A stretch of 64,000 bases of DNA, taken from contig JAUFOR010000008.1 of assembly GCA_040285745.1 (NCBI GenBank), positions 124,001 through 188,000 on the forward strand, written 5' to 3'. Position numbers and translations under genes: made by a program. Source of the DNA: Barthelona sp. PCE (Eukaryota). This document shows, piece by piece, positions 1 to 11,754 of the stretch. The notes below the pieces were generated by a model. That model was not told the origin of the DNA. It made no database searches and saw only the letters and a list, made by a program, of their open reading frames with translations. The number at the start of each line of letters is the position of its first letter. The first letter of the stretch is position 1.

Positions 1-3000
1 GTTACAGAAACAAGTGAGTTTTTCATCTGATAAGCACTGTTCATGTGTGAGATGACCACATTTTCTGAACAAATAGACAAAATTATCCTTTTTAACATGT
101 TCAGAACATAAATCGCATGTCTTTCTACCATCTACAACCGTTGCTGATGTGAATCTCCTTATCTTATATAAGTTTTTAGCCATTTCATCATTCAACATCG
201 TTCTTGAAGTTTGAATAATGCTGAGATCTTGTTCTTGCTCTGCAATCAATCCACCAATGAGGGGTGATATCATATAAGCAGGCATAGATGAACAGACACT
301 AAAAACAAGCTCGGTAGCTTTCTTTCGACCAATGTACATACAGCTTGATTGCAACAGCATTTTTGTCAGGTTGAGAGAAACTGTGATATCGTCTCCTTTC
401 TCATACACTTCTAATACAAGGCGTAGGAAATGTGAGAGTGCCTCAAACCACATTACATACGTAGCATGGCCAGCTGTGGATGCGAAAGAGCGCATTTGTT
501 GAGTGTGCTCAGTCAAGAAATGTATAGTTACGTTACATAGCTGAGTACAACGGCATTTGGTCTCCACTTCAATTATAATTCCTTGATTGTTACGGTATGA
601 TTCAATCTTAGCGAGCAAGACTTCTGCAAAATTCTTGAGAATATATTTGAGACCTTCCATAGGATCACCGCGACGTGCCATAATCAAAGCACTCGCTTTA
701 ACAGCATTGTTATCGACCGCAATCGCAATAATCTCAGCATAATCCAATCCAATTGAGTTGATAACAACATCAAACGTTTGTACCAATTCGTAAGCCAAGT
801 CTTTATCGTTGACAGCGGCCAGACCAAAGAGATGGAGGAATCCCTTATGTGAAACAATATATTTAGCAATAGGACATGGTATGGGAGCACCTTCAGCAAT
901 TCTAAACACTATATCTGTATATTTCACAAGGTAACCGCGGAAAATACCAAAAATAACAAAATTAACATTATCATCCGTGCATTCAGACTTGTCAATGATG
1001 AGATCAGCCACCATCTGAGGATGTAAACCAATTATATCTTTACCGATGTTAATGGGGTCCAAGCGTATCACATCATAAAAGTGTGCCTTAATGAATGAAA
1101 TCACAGGCTTGTATCTTTCTTCAATAGCAGCTAAAATGTTATTGACTAGACTAAATTTCGATGGAAATATGAGCTCCTTGGTTCCTGATATAATCTCAAG
1201 GAATGAAGGACACTGCATAAGTTTGAAGAGATAATCATAGAAACCAAGCTGATACGACAAACGAGTCGCAATATCAATGAGCGTACACTTGATTATTTCC
1301 AGAGAATCTACTGATTCGTTCGCCTCGATCAGATGGAACAAGCAGTCAAAAACTTTAGATATATCACAATCAGTGAGCAGTGTGTGGTCAACATAGTACA
1401 AAAGACATATTGCACAAACTGCGAGATTGCCATCTGTTAGACACTTGTTTAGAAGACGTGTTATAACGTTGGGCTTCACAAAACTGGCAATGTTCTCAGT
1501 AGTAAGTACATCGTGCAACAACAAACGACACATTATCACAGCGGCAAGAGGAACGGTCCTTTCCACGTTGGAGAGTGACGCAATAAAGTCGATTGTCTCG
1601 ATAATTGGGGAGTTAGCAATGTGGTAACATGCAAGTGATGAGATAAGTGATTCTGGCAATATAGAAAGCGCTTGTGGTGCAAGTAATACACTTGCTGAAG
1701 CGTCGAAATGTCCACGAACAATACTTTCGAGAACACGACCATAATGCAGAGAATTTTCAACCAACTTACCGGTGAGAACATTCACCAAGAAATTCAACTT
1801 TGAAGGTACATCTGGATCAATCTCTAATGAATCCAACGTTATGATAAAATTGTATGCCTCTCTGAAAAGGCTGTTTTCAACTAATATCGTCAATAAAGAC
1901 AGTAATTGAAGCTTTTCAATATCAGCAAAGTGTGTCAGATCAATGAAATCGATGAGCCAGTGCATTTGAGCAGGCTGCAACATGGAGAATAACTTTAACA
2001 TATTATTAATTGTCATGTGCTTCAAAAAAATTGTGAGGGACTCACTAACAAGCATACCAAAGAAGAGAAGAGGAAGGTAAAAATCGTTTAGAACATCAAT
2101 CACATCATCAAAAATATCGTAATCATTAAGTATTTCGGCCAGCTCCAATGCTCCTCCAATTATTTTCCATGCATTTTGAATGAATTCGGCTTCAAAGCCT
2201 TCTTCCTCAATAAGGATACACGGTGAGGTGATACGAAGGCTCTTACCAGCTGGAATCGCTTCTTGTGCGAGGCTCTGCAGACAATCCATCAGCAAGTCCT
2301 TTAGCAGTCCGCTGGTTATATGAATTTCAGTACGATGATGTAAGGCAAGAACCAAAGCATCCATTCGAGTTTCCAGATCCCGCCTTAAGTATTCAACTGT
2401 ATCAAGAACGCTGGGATGTTTCAGTGCACATGCACCCAACTCTGTGGCAACACAGACTGAATTATGAATGGAAACAATAGGACTTGCCAGAGAAATCACT
2501 GTTTCTTCTCCATCAAGAAGAACCTTTAGCTGTATTGAACTTGATATACGATGCGTAGGGATCAACATACGTTCTTCATCATCCATCAGCTTGACAAGCA
2601 TCAGGTTGTTATTCGTTGGATCGCTTTTGTCAAGAAGATATGCTATGAACTTGTTCTCCTCCAACAACAAAATGCCTCGAACGTTATGTTCGAATGTCAT
2701 TGTACTAATCGAGTTATCACCAATAATTTCGAACTGTTCACCAGTACGGATAAGCTTAAAGCGTAATACACTGCATCCTACTGAAAGCACGATAGAATCG
2801 TTGAGTGCATGACACAAAACAATAGGGAACGCAGCGTCATTGCCAGCGACAGACTTGAAGTCCATCCGGAAGCTAAGAAGTGATGCTCCGGTTACTGAAC
2901 TGTGAATGGCAAGACCGTGTGTAGAACTTGTCAGGAAAACATCGCTGTTCAGACCAGTTAATGGTATCACACTAAAAACAACGCCAATACTCTGCAGCTG

Positions 3001-3963
3001 ATTTGTTTTGTACGACCACCTGTTGATGAGCGCATTCTTAGTGAGGGTGCACATCAGTAAATTTCCACTACGGTTGGCAACCACGAACACAATCTTAGCC
3101 TGAGTGCTTGAAGAAGAAAGAAATTTGACGCAGATAGCACCAACGTCGTTTCTTTTTGCCTTGTATCGGTACATGATGCTCTGTTTCCTAATATCAACAA
3201 CCACAAATCCACCATTTTCGAAGGCAACCAATCCATAGAAGACAAAATCATCATGGTCTTGAGGATTCCTAATTACAACCAGATCAACCGCATTCACGTT
3301 GTTTTCTGGAAGAATAATGACTCCAAGGAGCTTTTGGCTCAAAAAATGGAAAATATTGAGTTGTTGTTGTTGCTGATTAGTTGATATCGTCACGATAACA
3401 TTTCCCTGTGCTGCAACAAACTGCATACCCACATCAAGGTCATAGCTGTTCGGTATGGGTAGTCTATCGTAATGGAATTTTGGTATGGGAACAGGCTCTG
3501 TTTTTAACAGCACATCACATTTTTCTTCGAAAACAATGGGTTCCTGAGGAATTGATTCAAACGTCACTGCTCGGTGTCTGTTGCTCTCAATCAGCTGCTC
3601 CATCCCATCAAAAAGCTGATCAAGATTACTTACAAAAGTATTTTGGTTTGGTTCAACCGTGATGAATTCCATCTCGTTATCCTCTAAAACTTCCAATTCT
3701 TCTTCCAATTCTTCCGATTCAACTATTTCATCATCGATTAAAATGGGAATAGAGTCAAAATTTTCATCTAATGACATATTCAATACTGCTTCAGGAGATA
3801 GTTGTAGGTCGTTGAGAGAAATCTGCCGTGAGAGCGTGTCGAAGTCTGTACGTAAGGCTAAATCAAGCGCATCTTCATAATTTGTAGCAATATCTGTCCC
3901 TTCTTCATATATAAGATCTTCATCGTCAGAGGAGTCCAATAAATCTTCTAGAGAATAATTCAT
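1..3963 (-). CDS. VPS8: Vps8-like CORVET subunit (3' end runs off the window)
   Basis: Not in the ORF track because it has no stop inside the window. I translated several segments by hand from ATG 3963: acidic N-terminus, beta-rich region, helical region, and a C-terminal RING-H2-like motif (CDLC...LFRKCGHLTHEQC...CFC). This is the Vps8 architecture. Confidence 0.65.
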   Translation of the reverse strand, partial: MNYSLEDLLDSSDDEDLIYEEGTDIATNYEDALDLALRTDFDTLSRQISLNDLQLSPEAVLNMSLDENFDSIPILIDDEIVESEELEEELEVLEDNEMEFITVEPNQNTFVSNLDQLFDGMEQLIESNRHRAVTFESIPQEPIVFEEKCDVLLKTEPVPIPKFHYDRLPIPNSYDLDVGMQFVAAQGNVIVTISTNQQQQQLNIFHFLSQKLLGVIILPENNVNAVDLVVIRNPQDHDDFVFYGLVAFENGGFVVVDIRKQSIMYRYKAKRNDVGAICVKFLSSSSTQAKIVFVVANRSGNLLMCTLTKNALINRWSYKTNQLQSIGVVFSVIPLTGLNSDVFLTSSTHGLAIHSSVTGASLLSFRMDFKSVAGNDAAFPIVLCHALNDSIVLSVGCSVLRFKLIRTGEQFEIIGDNSISTMTFEHNVRGILLLEENKFIAYLLDKSDPTNNNLMLVKLMDDEERMLIPTHRISSSIQLKVLLDGEETVISLASPIVSIHNSVCVATELGACALKHPSVLDTVEYLRRDLETRMDALVLALHHRTEIHITSGLLKDLLMDCLQSLAQEAIPAGKSLRITSPCILIEEEGFEAEFIQNAWKIIGGALELAEILNDYDIFDDVIDVLNDFYLPLLFFGMLVSESLTIFLKHMTINNMLKLFSMLQPAQMHWLIDFIDLTHFADIEKLQLLSLLTILVENSLFREAYNFIITLDSLEIDPDVPSKLNFLVNVLTGKLVENSLHYGRVLESIVRGHFDASASVLLAPQALSILPESLISSLACYHIANSPIIETIDFIASLSNVERTVPLAAVIMCRLLLHDVLTTENIASFVKPNVITRLLNKCLTDGNLAVCAICLLYYVDHTLLTDCDISKVFDCLFHLIEANESVDSLEIIKCTLIDIATRLSYQLGFYDYLFKLMQCPSFLEIISGTKELIFPSKFSLVNNILAAIEERYKPVISFIKAHFYDVIRLDPINIGKDIIGLHPQMVADLIIDKSECTDDNVNFVIFGIFRGYLVKYTDIVFRIAEGAPIPCPIAKYIVSHKGFLHLFGLAAVNDKDLAYELVQTFDVVINSIGLDYAEIIAIAVDNNAVKASALIMARRGDPMEGLKYILKNFAEVLLAKIESYRNNQGIIIEVETKCRCTQLCNVTIHFLTEHTQQMRSFASTAGHATYVMWFEALSHFLRLVLEVYEKGDDITVSLNLTKMLLQSSCMYIGRKKATELVFSVCSSMPAYMISPLIGGLIAEQEQDLSIIQTSRTMLNDEMAKNLYKIRRFTSATVVDGRKTCDLCSEHVKKDNFVYLFRKCGHLTHEQCLSDEKLTCFCN

Positions 3964-4260
3964 TGCGCTAAAAGCGAGTGAAAGGGATGAGAAAAAATTT
4001 AACACCTTAATTTTGTATATCGTACTCTCACTAACATTTATCAGATAAACTGGAGGAAAACGTAATATACCTAACTAAGAGTGAGTATTTAGAGCTTTCA
4101 AAATATAAACAGAAAGTAATGAATAAGTCAGGCGTTTTTGTTTACAGAATTAATGGATGGTGGGCCACAATACTATCGCTTAATGTCACGTGTATAACGA
4201 CTCATGTTGCTGTGTCATAGAAAACTTGTTTCCATCTCTTAATAGTTTTTCACATTCAAA

Positions 4261-5226
4261 ATGACAACTTACATTGAAGATATCAGTATGTTGAAGTCCA
4301 TTTGTCAAAACGACGCAATGGACAAGGCCAGTCTTTCTTTCTTTACCTATGATGATGAATACCATTTCGTCGATATCCCTTCTTATGCACCTTGTGATTT
4401 TGCACCATTCATTGAAGCATTTTTCAGTGTTAATTTACCAAAACATATTCATAATATCCTGATTAATCATACCTTGTTAAAAACAGATAAGATGGTTGAT
4501 TTAGTTCCAGAAGACTTCAAGAGTACCCCGGAGTGGATCACTTCTGTCCCCATAGAGTTGAGGATATGGTATATCCGTATTTTATCATGGATGCATGCAG
4601 AGTTCGATGCAGACTTCAATCCTGAGCTTGGTAGATATTTGGCAGAATCACTAAACACATTGGATCTTGGTGATGACAAGAATGTAAGTATGTGTAATCT
4701 TTTCTTGAAGGATATCTTTTGGAACGCAGGCACTCCTGAGTTCTTGGATAACTTCGTTCGTTCATTGGAATCAGTTGGTGCCACGGTATTTTTAATGAGT
4801 TCTTACGCACTTGATAAGATCAAAAAACGTAATTTAGTGTTTGATAGTATCATGCCATTTTGCAAATATATTGAGATGGATGAAAAATTTTTGACAGAAC
4901 GATCTATTGTTGCATTCATTAATGGTGCAAAGTTTATGATGTCCCCTATCGCAGACAATATGTTTTTGAGAAGAAGAATTGAGTATTACACCGAACATGC
5001 TGATGATTATAAGAAACGCCCCTTTGACATGTTTGCAGATTCACTTTTCCTTAACTGTTTTGGTGAATACCTAGTTGAGAGTGCACGCGAACTTAGTGTA
5101 TTAAAGCCTCCAGAAAGAAAGCCACGTAATGATGACTTAAAGAATCTAAATTCTAGAATTGCTATGAATCAGAACAAGGAAAAACGACAATTAATTACGG
5201 GTCAACGTTGGATGATGAAAAAATAA
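4261..5226 (+). CDS. hypothetical protein (321 aa)
   Basis: Long ATG ORF preceded by TTTTCAC; no motif recognised. Confidence 0.7.
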   Translation: MTTYIEDISMLKSICQNDAMDKASLSFFTYDDEYHFVDIPSYAPCDFAPFIEAFFSVNLPKHIHNILINHTLLKTDKMVDLVPEDFKSTPEWITSVPIELRIWYIRILSWMHAEFDADFNPELGRYLAESLNTLDLGDDKNVSMCNLFLKDIFWNAGTPEFLDNFVRSLESVGATVFLMSSYALDKIKKRNLVFDSIMPFCKYIEMDEKFLTERSIVAFINGAKFMMSPIADNMFLRRRIEYYTEHADDYKKRPFDMFADSLFLNCFGEYLVESARELSVLKPPERKPRNDDLKNLNSRIAMNQNKEKRQLITGQRWMMKK

Positions 5227-5263
5227 AAAGGTCTATAATTTTTATATTTATTAATGAAGTAAA

Positions 5264-6070
5264 CTATATGCCAAATGAACCCTGACATATTACAACAGAA
5301 TCTACTCTGTATTCATGTTTAGGTACTTTACGAGCAAATATAACATTGAAAATCCAATATAATGAAGGTATTACTACCATGAATGCAATAAAGACAAAGC
5401 AAGTAAAAATATTTGGAGGCAACACAATGAACCCATAAGGTCGTTCACCATCATACCACAATCTGAGTATCATAAATCCGTTAAAAACTACAAGATTGAC
5501 GATGGTAAATACGAATGCATTTTTCATTCGGGCAGTTGGAGCACAAAAATAGAGCTCTATAACAATAAAAAATAAATTGAGTCCATGCCCTGTGAACGAT
5601 GATAACCAGAACATAACTGTTAATTCTGGTTGTGAATCACGGTGTTCTTTGAATCCTATAGTCCAATAGACCACATCCATTACCACAATAAGAGCACATA
5701 AATGTGGTAGTGCAACTTCAGTTAATTTACCAAATTGCTGACTCTCTCTTGGACTATTATAGTCTTTGACTATACGTATTCCGAGATAAACAAATAGAAA
5801 AATCATTACCTGATTTGTTAAAAAAGAAAGAAAACTTATAAATGATTGTTCAAGTTGATTTTCAATAAGATATCCCAGAAATACAATAAAAAAGAAAATT
5901 CGGGCAATGAACATTACTAGTGGACCACGTGATAGACGATTTTGTGGTGTAAATGCATTCACATTCATACTAGTCAGATTCAATTCTGAAGTTCTTGCGG
6001 TTGAAATTCTTTCACGATAACTTGTGGATATAGATCGCGGTTTACCTGATTTTGTATCAGAATCCTTCAT
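5264..6070 (-). CDS. FAR-17a/AIG1-like multi-pass membrane protein
   Basis: About 6 hydrophobic segments. FLTN and GHGLN motifs match the Thr/His motifs of the AIG1/ADTRP family. Start placed at ATG 6070 (TTTTCAC just upstream); the ORF track start is 6160. Confidence 0.65.
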   Translation of the reverse strand: MKDSDTKSGKPRSISTSYRERISTARTSELNLTSMNVNAFTPQNRLSRGPLVMFIARIFFFIVFLGYLIENQLEQSFISFLSFLTNQVMIFLFVYLGIRIVKDYNSPRESQQFGKLTEVALPHLCALIVVMDVVYWTIGFKEHRDSQPELTVMFWLSSFTGHGLNLFFIVIELYFCAPTARMKNAFVFTIVNLVVFNGFMILRLWYDGERPYGFIVLPPNIFTCFVFIAFMVVIPSLYWIFNVIFARKVPKHEYRVDSVVICQGSFGI

Positions 6071-6561
6071 ATTCCGTTGTGGAAGTAAGTGAAAATTTAG
6101 AATCCACATTTTGAACTCACAATGTATAATTGAATCAGGAGAATTTACTTTATAATCCATTGCAAGTCAGTTTACATATTTATAATTCCATTACTGAGCC
6201 TTCAAATCGTAAAAATCTTTATTCACATATCTGTAATGTTTAATCAAACATTAGTGCGAATTTGTGGGCCAAATTTGCATACTACAAGCATGGAGTACAC
6301 AAAGACTAACATTAAACAACATAAATATGTACTTTCAGGTTTTTTTCTATCCTCTATTATTCTTCAAATAAGGGAACTATTTTTTAAGTAGGGCTTGATT
6401 TAAGAACTTGATAAAAGAAACAATTTCTTGAAAAATAGCATTTACATGCAAAAAACAAATTGATATAGATTCAGATAGGGATTTTTCGCAAAACTAACTT
6501 ATGAGCTAGTCTCACAGGAGCTACTTTAACCTTTATAATGTATAAAAAGGTTCTTTAAAGA

Positions 6562-7605
6562 TCAAGTGGTACGACACTTTTTTCTGGCAGCAATACGTTC
6601 CAAACAAATGGGCTTCTGCTTCTTTGTGAACTTGGGGGTGTTACGCAAAACTCGCTGGAACAAAAGTTCCTTCTCCATCTTGACAATGGAAGCTTCACGA
6701 CGCATATAAGATACTTGTTCACCACCAATGTTCCAGAAGTGCACAGGGGCATGGCCCTTAGCAATAGTAATTACGATAACGTAACGGTTTTCTTCGTCTT
6801 CGATGGGAATGAAACGAATACGCCACATATCAGGAGTGATGCTGGGCATGAAATCGTCTTCCAAAATGTTCTTTAAACGATGCACCAACAGTTGTCTGGC
6901 ATCTTCACAGTTCCTACTTCCGTGAATACAGATCTCAGTTCCGATAACACGACCTTCGTCGTTAATACCACAGATAAGAGAACCACCTTGTGTGTTGATA
7001 AATGAATTGACATACATGGCGAGCTTGTAGAAACCTGCTTCTGTCAAACGTTCGAAAGTCTTGAACTCCAAAAGAGCAGACTCCTCGGTGTGGAAATGGG
7101 AGTACATCTTCAAAGTCTTGGCAGTACCAATCATACGCGGAGTTGAGTTGACTGTGTATACCGACTTGTGCTTCATGATTTGCATGACAACATGGTTGTG
7201 AACGTTTTCAATGGCGTCTGAATGAACTGTGATGAAGTGGGTCTTGATGTTTCTAGAATCGTATTGGGGTGTCAATGAAGCCATACTAGCATCAACAAGC
7301 TGACGCAAGAAATCCTTGCATACAGAACCCTTGAGAGGGATACCTTCGACGGTAAAATCTCTCTTAATACCGACAAAAAGACCATCCAATTCACTAGTCA
7401 AAAGACGACGAGTAGAATTGATAATAGAACGTGCAATTCTCTTTGGATGACATTTCTTGAGCTCAATCAAGTAGTCGTTGTACCGCACGTTGACGCGGGA
7501 AGTATCCTGCTGCTGACTGGGAACGATAGTTGTGGAGTTCTCAATTGCGAACATTGGGAAAGTTTCATATTGTGTACAAGATGTTATAATGGGTATGGGG
7601 GACAT
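6562..7605 (-). CDS. Schlafen/AlbA_2 domain protein
   Basis: EESALLEFK...YVNSFINTQGGSLICGINDEGRVIG...F-P...YVIVITI...YMRREAS matches the AlbA_2 signature. Confidence 0.85.
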   Translation of the reverse strand: MSPIPIITSCTQYETFPMFAIENSTTIVPSQQQDTSRVNVRYNDYLIELKKCHPKRIARSIINSTRRLLTSELDGLFVGIKRDFTVEGIPLKGSVCKDFLRQLVDASMASLTPQYDSRNIKTHFITVHSDAIENVHNHVVMQIMKHKSVYTVNSTPRMIGTAKTLKMYSHFHTEESALLEFKTFERLTEAGFYKLAMYVNSFINTQGGSLICGINDEGRVIGTEICIHGSRNCEDARQLLVHRLKNILEDDFMPSITPDMWRIRFIPIEDEENRYVIVITIAKGHAPVHFWNIGGEQVSYMRREASIVKMEKELLFQRVLRNTPKFTKKQKPICLERIAARKKCRTT

Positions 7606-8274
7606 TTCGTATCAGGGTTATCATAATAAATTGTGTGAAAAGGGGAGGATTTGTTAATCTATGTTATATTTGGAAATTCTTCATTCTTCAACGTTGGCAC
7701 ATTTCTTTGACTTATCCTGAGAGCGTGAGGGGGGTATATAGCATGGTTAAAGCATAGTATTTGGTATAAATAAAAGCAAGTCCAAAGACCTTATTCGAGC
7801 TCATTTTTTGAGGCTCATTGATCCCAATCTGGAAAAGTAAAATTTCCTTTTGCATATACTTTGATGGGGGACGTGTGTTTACCTGAGGTCTATTCATGCG
7901 AAAAGAATGGCTATATTACAATTTTTTTTTAAACCAATATTTGTATGAGCTTATGTATGTTTGTTTGGTTAAATTCGGGCAGACGTACGCATATACACCC
8001 AGTAAACAAGTTTTATTCTGCGAAATAGCTTGTATATCAAGAACGTTTCGTTTTATTGCTTTGTACCTTAATTTTTCTATTTAAAGAGTTCAAAAACCCT
8101 TTAAAATGGTTGTATAAATGGATTTGATGCATATTAAGCATATTAACTGTTACTAACGCATTTTTCACAAATATTTACTTGCTTTCCTTATTATGGGATA
8201 GTTTTGCAGTGTGAGTTATCACTATATGAATTCCTGCAATATTATACTATTTACATTCAGTGCACACCATTCAA

Positions 8275-9807
8275 TTAGGAAGAAAATTGATTGAGAAGGT
8301 ATTGTGAACTGTCTTGGAACGAAACAACGTTGTCAGCGACTATGTACAGTGTTTGTCCGTTCCGGGACGCTGCTTCCTGAGCAGCACAACATGTTTCAAA
8401 AGATATTCCACCAGTAACTATCAATAAAAATTCCCTGCAGTTTTCATCGATATTACCGATAATATTGTCTCCCTTACGGTGTTGAAGCATGGAAACGATG
8501 TTGTCAATGATTGGAGAAATGTAATTTGAAGAAAAATTGAGGACCTTCGAAAAAAATCCTTTGCTTGACAGAGGATCCTTATATTTTGATGAAAAAACGC
8601 ACAGGAACTCACTTAAGAACATGTTTCCAGTCCATTCATCAAATTCATGTGGATATTGCTCGTCCAAATTTTTTGTCCACAAAATGAGAGTTGGGAGCCA
8701 TTCCGTCGTTTTTAAAATTAAAGATATGCATAACATCAGTCCAAAAGGTACGTTTTCATACGAAAGAGCACCTAAAGTCCGCATTATATCATCCGAATCG
8801 TTAATATTAGCTCCATCAACGAGTTGAAAGATTGAAACAACATCTACAAGCCTAGTAATATCACCTCGCACTTTTTCCATCAGATCAGAGTGTCTGTGAA
8901 GAATTGCTGCATGTTTCTTAAGATCAAGCGTCAGTTCGAATCCATTATGGCCGTGTGATTGGCTGGTATCTCTTAGCGTCTCGATACAACGCACGAATTG
9001 TTTGAATGTTACATCAGCTACCTCCCCCACGCTCTTCCAATATCCATCAAAAAGGAATGTATCTTCAGTTGGCGTGAAGGAAAAGTTGTTGATTTGATTC
9101 GCATCACCGTTGTTATAAAATGCGTAAATGAATGCGCCAAAGTGAAGCGGGAATGTGAGCAGTTCATGCCTACGATACCTTGAAGTATCTAAAACAAGCG
9201 CTTGTATTGGTCGTTGAGAACTAGGGTTAATTCTAATCATATCAACAGGAAACGATGCATTCTTTGATGATGCAACTGCGCTTACATTGGTGAAGAACGA
9301 AGAAGTGAAGTGTAAGCAATCGGAACAAAAGGACTTTAGTGAATGAAGGGTAAGTGCTGATTTCGATCTCGTTCTAAATGCCCAGATACGAGGAAAGAGC
9401 ATTACGAAAGGTAAATTGATGCACTTAACACACGCAACCAGTCTATGTACATCAATAGCAGCTAAATCACGTAGAATTACATCATCAACATCTTTTATGA
9501 ACAATATTTGTAAAGATTGAAACAATTTACGTTGCAAAAGGCTCTTCACATGCTGCAAACTCTGTGCATTCGGGTGAATAACCACGATGGCGTGTACAAG
9601 TGGAGAAGGAATTTCATATCTGCGATCCACTCGATAGAGTCCAAAAATATTACATTCTGAAAGCTGAGTCTGGGTAACAATTGAATTTAAGACGGTTAAA
9701 GAATGTTTATCTGCAAATAAAACCCTAAGCCCGAAACGTGCTTCATCACTTGCTCCTGTGTTGCCCAATACGGTTCGAAGTGACTTGCGTATACTGTCTA
9801 TTATCAT
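8275..9807 (-). CDS. Sec1/Munc18-family protein, Vps45-like (divergent)
   Basis: N-terminal LRVLFADKHSLTVLNSIVTQTQLSECNIF resembles Vps45; C-terminal LIVTGGISFE is typical of SM proteins. Start position uncertain. Confidence 0.65.
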   Translation of the reverse strand: MIIDSIRKSLRTVLGNTGASDEARFGLRVLFADKHSLTVLNSIVTQTQLSECNIFGLYRVDRRYEIPSPLVHAIVVIHPNAQSLQHVKSLLQRKLFQSLQILFIKDVDDVILRDLAAIDVHRLVACVKCINLPFVMLFPRIWAFRTRSKSALTLHSLKSFCSDCLHFTSSFFTNVSAVASSKNASFPVDMIRINPSSQRPIQALVLDTSRYRRHELLTFPLHFGAFIYAFYNNGDANQINNFSFTPTEDTFLFDGYWKSVGEVADVTFKQFVRCIETLRDTSQSHGHNGFELTLDLKKHAAILHRHSDLMEKVRGDITRLVDVVSIFQLVDGANINDSDDIMRTLGALSYENVPFGLMLCISLILKTTEWLPTLILWTKNLDEQYPHEFDEWTGNMFLSEFLCVFSSKYKDPLSSKGFFSKVLNFSSNYISPIIDNIVSMLQHRKGDNIIGNIDENCREFLLIVTGGISFETCCAAQEAASRNGQTLYIVADNVVSFQDSSQYLLNQFSS

Positions 9808-10372
9808 GTTTCTATATGTCAACAAAGACAGAAAGACAGGAAAAAGTTAAATCATCTCTTCAACAATGAGGATCATCTATTAATTGATATTACTCCATCT
9901 TATACCAGTTAGGGAAGAGTTTATATTTTTAAAAATACATTAAAGCTTTTTGAAGCAAACCTGTTCTTTCTCAAAATGCAAATGTTTTGCAAATGTCTGC
10001 TTTATCTTATTTATCTCACAACATGCACGATATCACATCAAATTATTTAAGAATACTTATTGTAAATTTCTGAGTAACAAATATTCTTTTTCTTTTTCTC
10101 ATTACATACGATTATGTGAGTTTAAGCTTAAAATTTCTGCACAAGTTTTATATAGAACGATGTGATCTTTTGTAATCATACATGCATCGCAAGATTACGT
10201 GATATTTTTTTATATTTCGCATATTTGCAAAAATTTAACAAAAATTTGCTTAACTTTGTTTCAAACAAGTTTTATGTGGCTATATACCATTAGAAACAGT
10301 AATATCATGTTAAAAACCCGCTTTAACTTTTTTTCCACTACAACATAGTATATCTTATTTTACTAGTTAAAA

Positions 10373-11737
10373 ATGGAGCAAATCAAACAATACATGCAAG
10401 AATCGGAATACAATTCGTGTATTCAACTCATAAACGCTGCTAAAGCTGCTGAGCCAATCATCTGGTCTGAGATTGAAGACTTACCAGAGTCAAGATGCAT
10501 TGGTTACAACGATTTAAAGGACAATACACCCGAATTTTCCAAGATCGCAATGGTTAGACTTAATGGTGGTTTAGGTACTTCTATGGGTTGCACAGGTCCT
10601 AAGAGTGTCCTCCCTGTCCAGGGAACCGACACTTTCCTTGATATCATCATTCAACAGATGAAAAACATTGAAATCCAGCACAACACTCAGGTACCTCTAA
10701 TCCTCCTTAACTCTTTCAATACACATGAAGCTTCACAGGAGATCATCCAGAAGTACCCAGAATGTGACGTACGTTGCGTTCTTCAGTCACGTATGCCTCG
10801 ACTGAATCCTGATATGACGCCTGTTCCTGTCGATAACGAGAACAATGCCGAATGGTATCCTCCGGGCCATGGTGACGTTTTCAGGTCGCTTCACAGAGCT
10901 GGTGTTATCGACTCCCTCATCGAGGAAGGTCGTGAGTACATTTTCATTGCAAACGTTGATAACCTGGGTAGTACTTTGAATCCCCGAATTCTTGGTTTCT
11001 TGCAGAAGAGGAACTTCGAATTCATGATGGAGACGACACCCAAATCTCTTGCAGACCTTAAAGGAGGTATGCCAATCTTCTATCGTGGGAAACTTAAGCA
11101 ACTTGAGACAGCCCAAGTTCCCAAGGAACACATGCCTGATTTTTGCTCTATTTCCAAGTTTCCTGTGTTCAACACTAATAATCTTTGGGTTCACCTGCCA
11201 TCTCTTAAGGCAAAAATGGATGTTGAAGACCTGCAGCTAGATATCATTTTTAACCCCAAGAAGTTAGAAGGAAAGCCAATCCTACAGTTGGAGCAAGCTA
11301 TGGGTGCTGCTATTGGTTGCTTCGAAGACAGCGCTATGCTGGTTGTTCCTCGTACACGTTTCCTGCCGGTTAAGACTTCTGCTAACTTAATGCTGCTACG
11401 TTCATCATTGTTTGTGAACGACCCTGTCACTGGAGCTCTCTTACACAACCCCAACTGTCAGAGATGGAAGAACACACTCAACCCTCCCATTATTAACCTG
11501 TCGAAAGAGTTCAAGTTTGTGAACGATTACGAGAAGCGCATTTCTTCCGTTATGATTGAGGAACTGGATCATCTCACTGTGAGCGGTGATGTCATCATTG
11601 AGAAGGATGCCGAATTCGTAGGAACCGTCATCATCGTTCTACCAACCGGCACATCATTAACGATCCCCAAGGATCGTTACGCAAACTGTGTTATAACAGT
11701 CGATCCTTTCGGGCAAATGTGCAAGCGTGATCTTTAA
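10373..11737 (+). CDS. UGP1: UTP--glucose-1-phosphate uridylyltransferase (UGPase)
   Basis: LNGGLGTSMGCTGPKS, WYPPGHGD, NVDNLG, FNTNNLW and RFLPVK motifs. Confidence 0.97.
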   Translation: MEQIKQYMQESEYNSCIQLINAAKAAEPIIWSEIEDLPESRCIGYNDLKDNTPEFSKIAMVRLNGGLGTSMGCTGPKSVLPVQGTDTFLDIIIQQMKNIEIQHNTQVPLILLNSFNTHEASQEIIQKYPECDVRCVLQSRMPRLNPDMTPVPVDNENNAEWYPPGHGDVFRSLHRAGVIDSLIEEGREYIFIANVDNLGSTLNPRILGFLQKRNFEFMMETTPKSLADLKGGMPIFYRGKLKQLETAQVPKEHMPDFCSISKFPVFNTNNLWVHLPSLKAKMDVEDLQLDIIFNPKKLEGKPILQLEQAMGAAIGCFEDSAMLVVPRTRFLPVKTSANLMLLRSSLFVNDPVTGALLHNPNCQRWKNTLNPPIINLSKEFKFVNDYEKRISSVMIEELDHLTVSGDVIIEKDAEFVGTVIIVLPTGTSLTIPKDRYANCVITVDPFGQMCKRDL

Positions 11738-11754
11738 GTGTGTGTAATAAACAT

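Noticed and set aside
6253-6283. Hairpin containing AATTTGTGG (Sm-site-like)
   Set aside because: No U1/U2/U4/U5 features nearby, and the motif lies largely in the stem.
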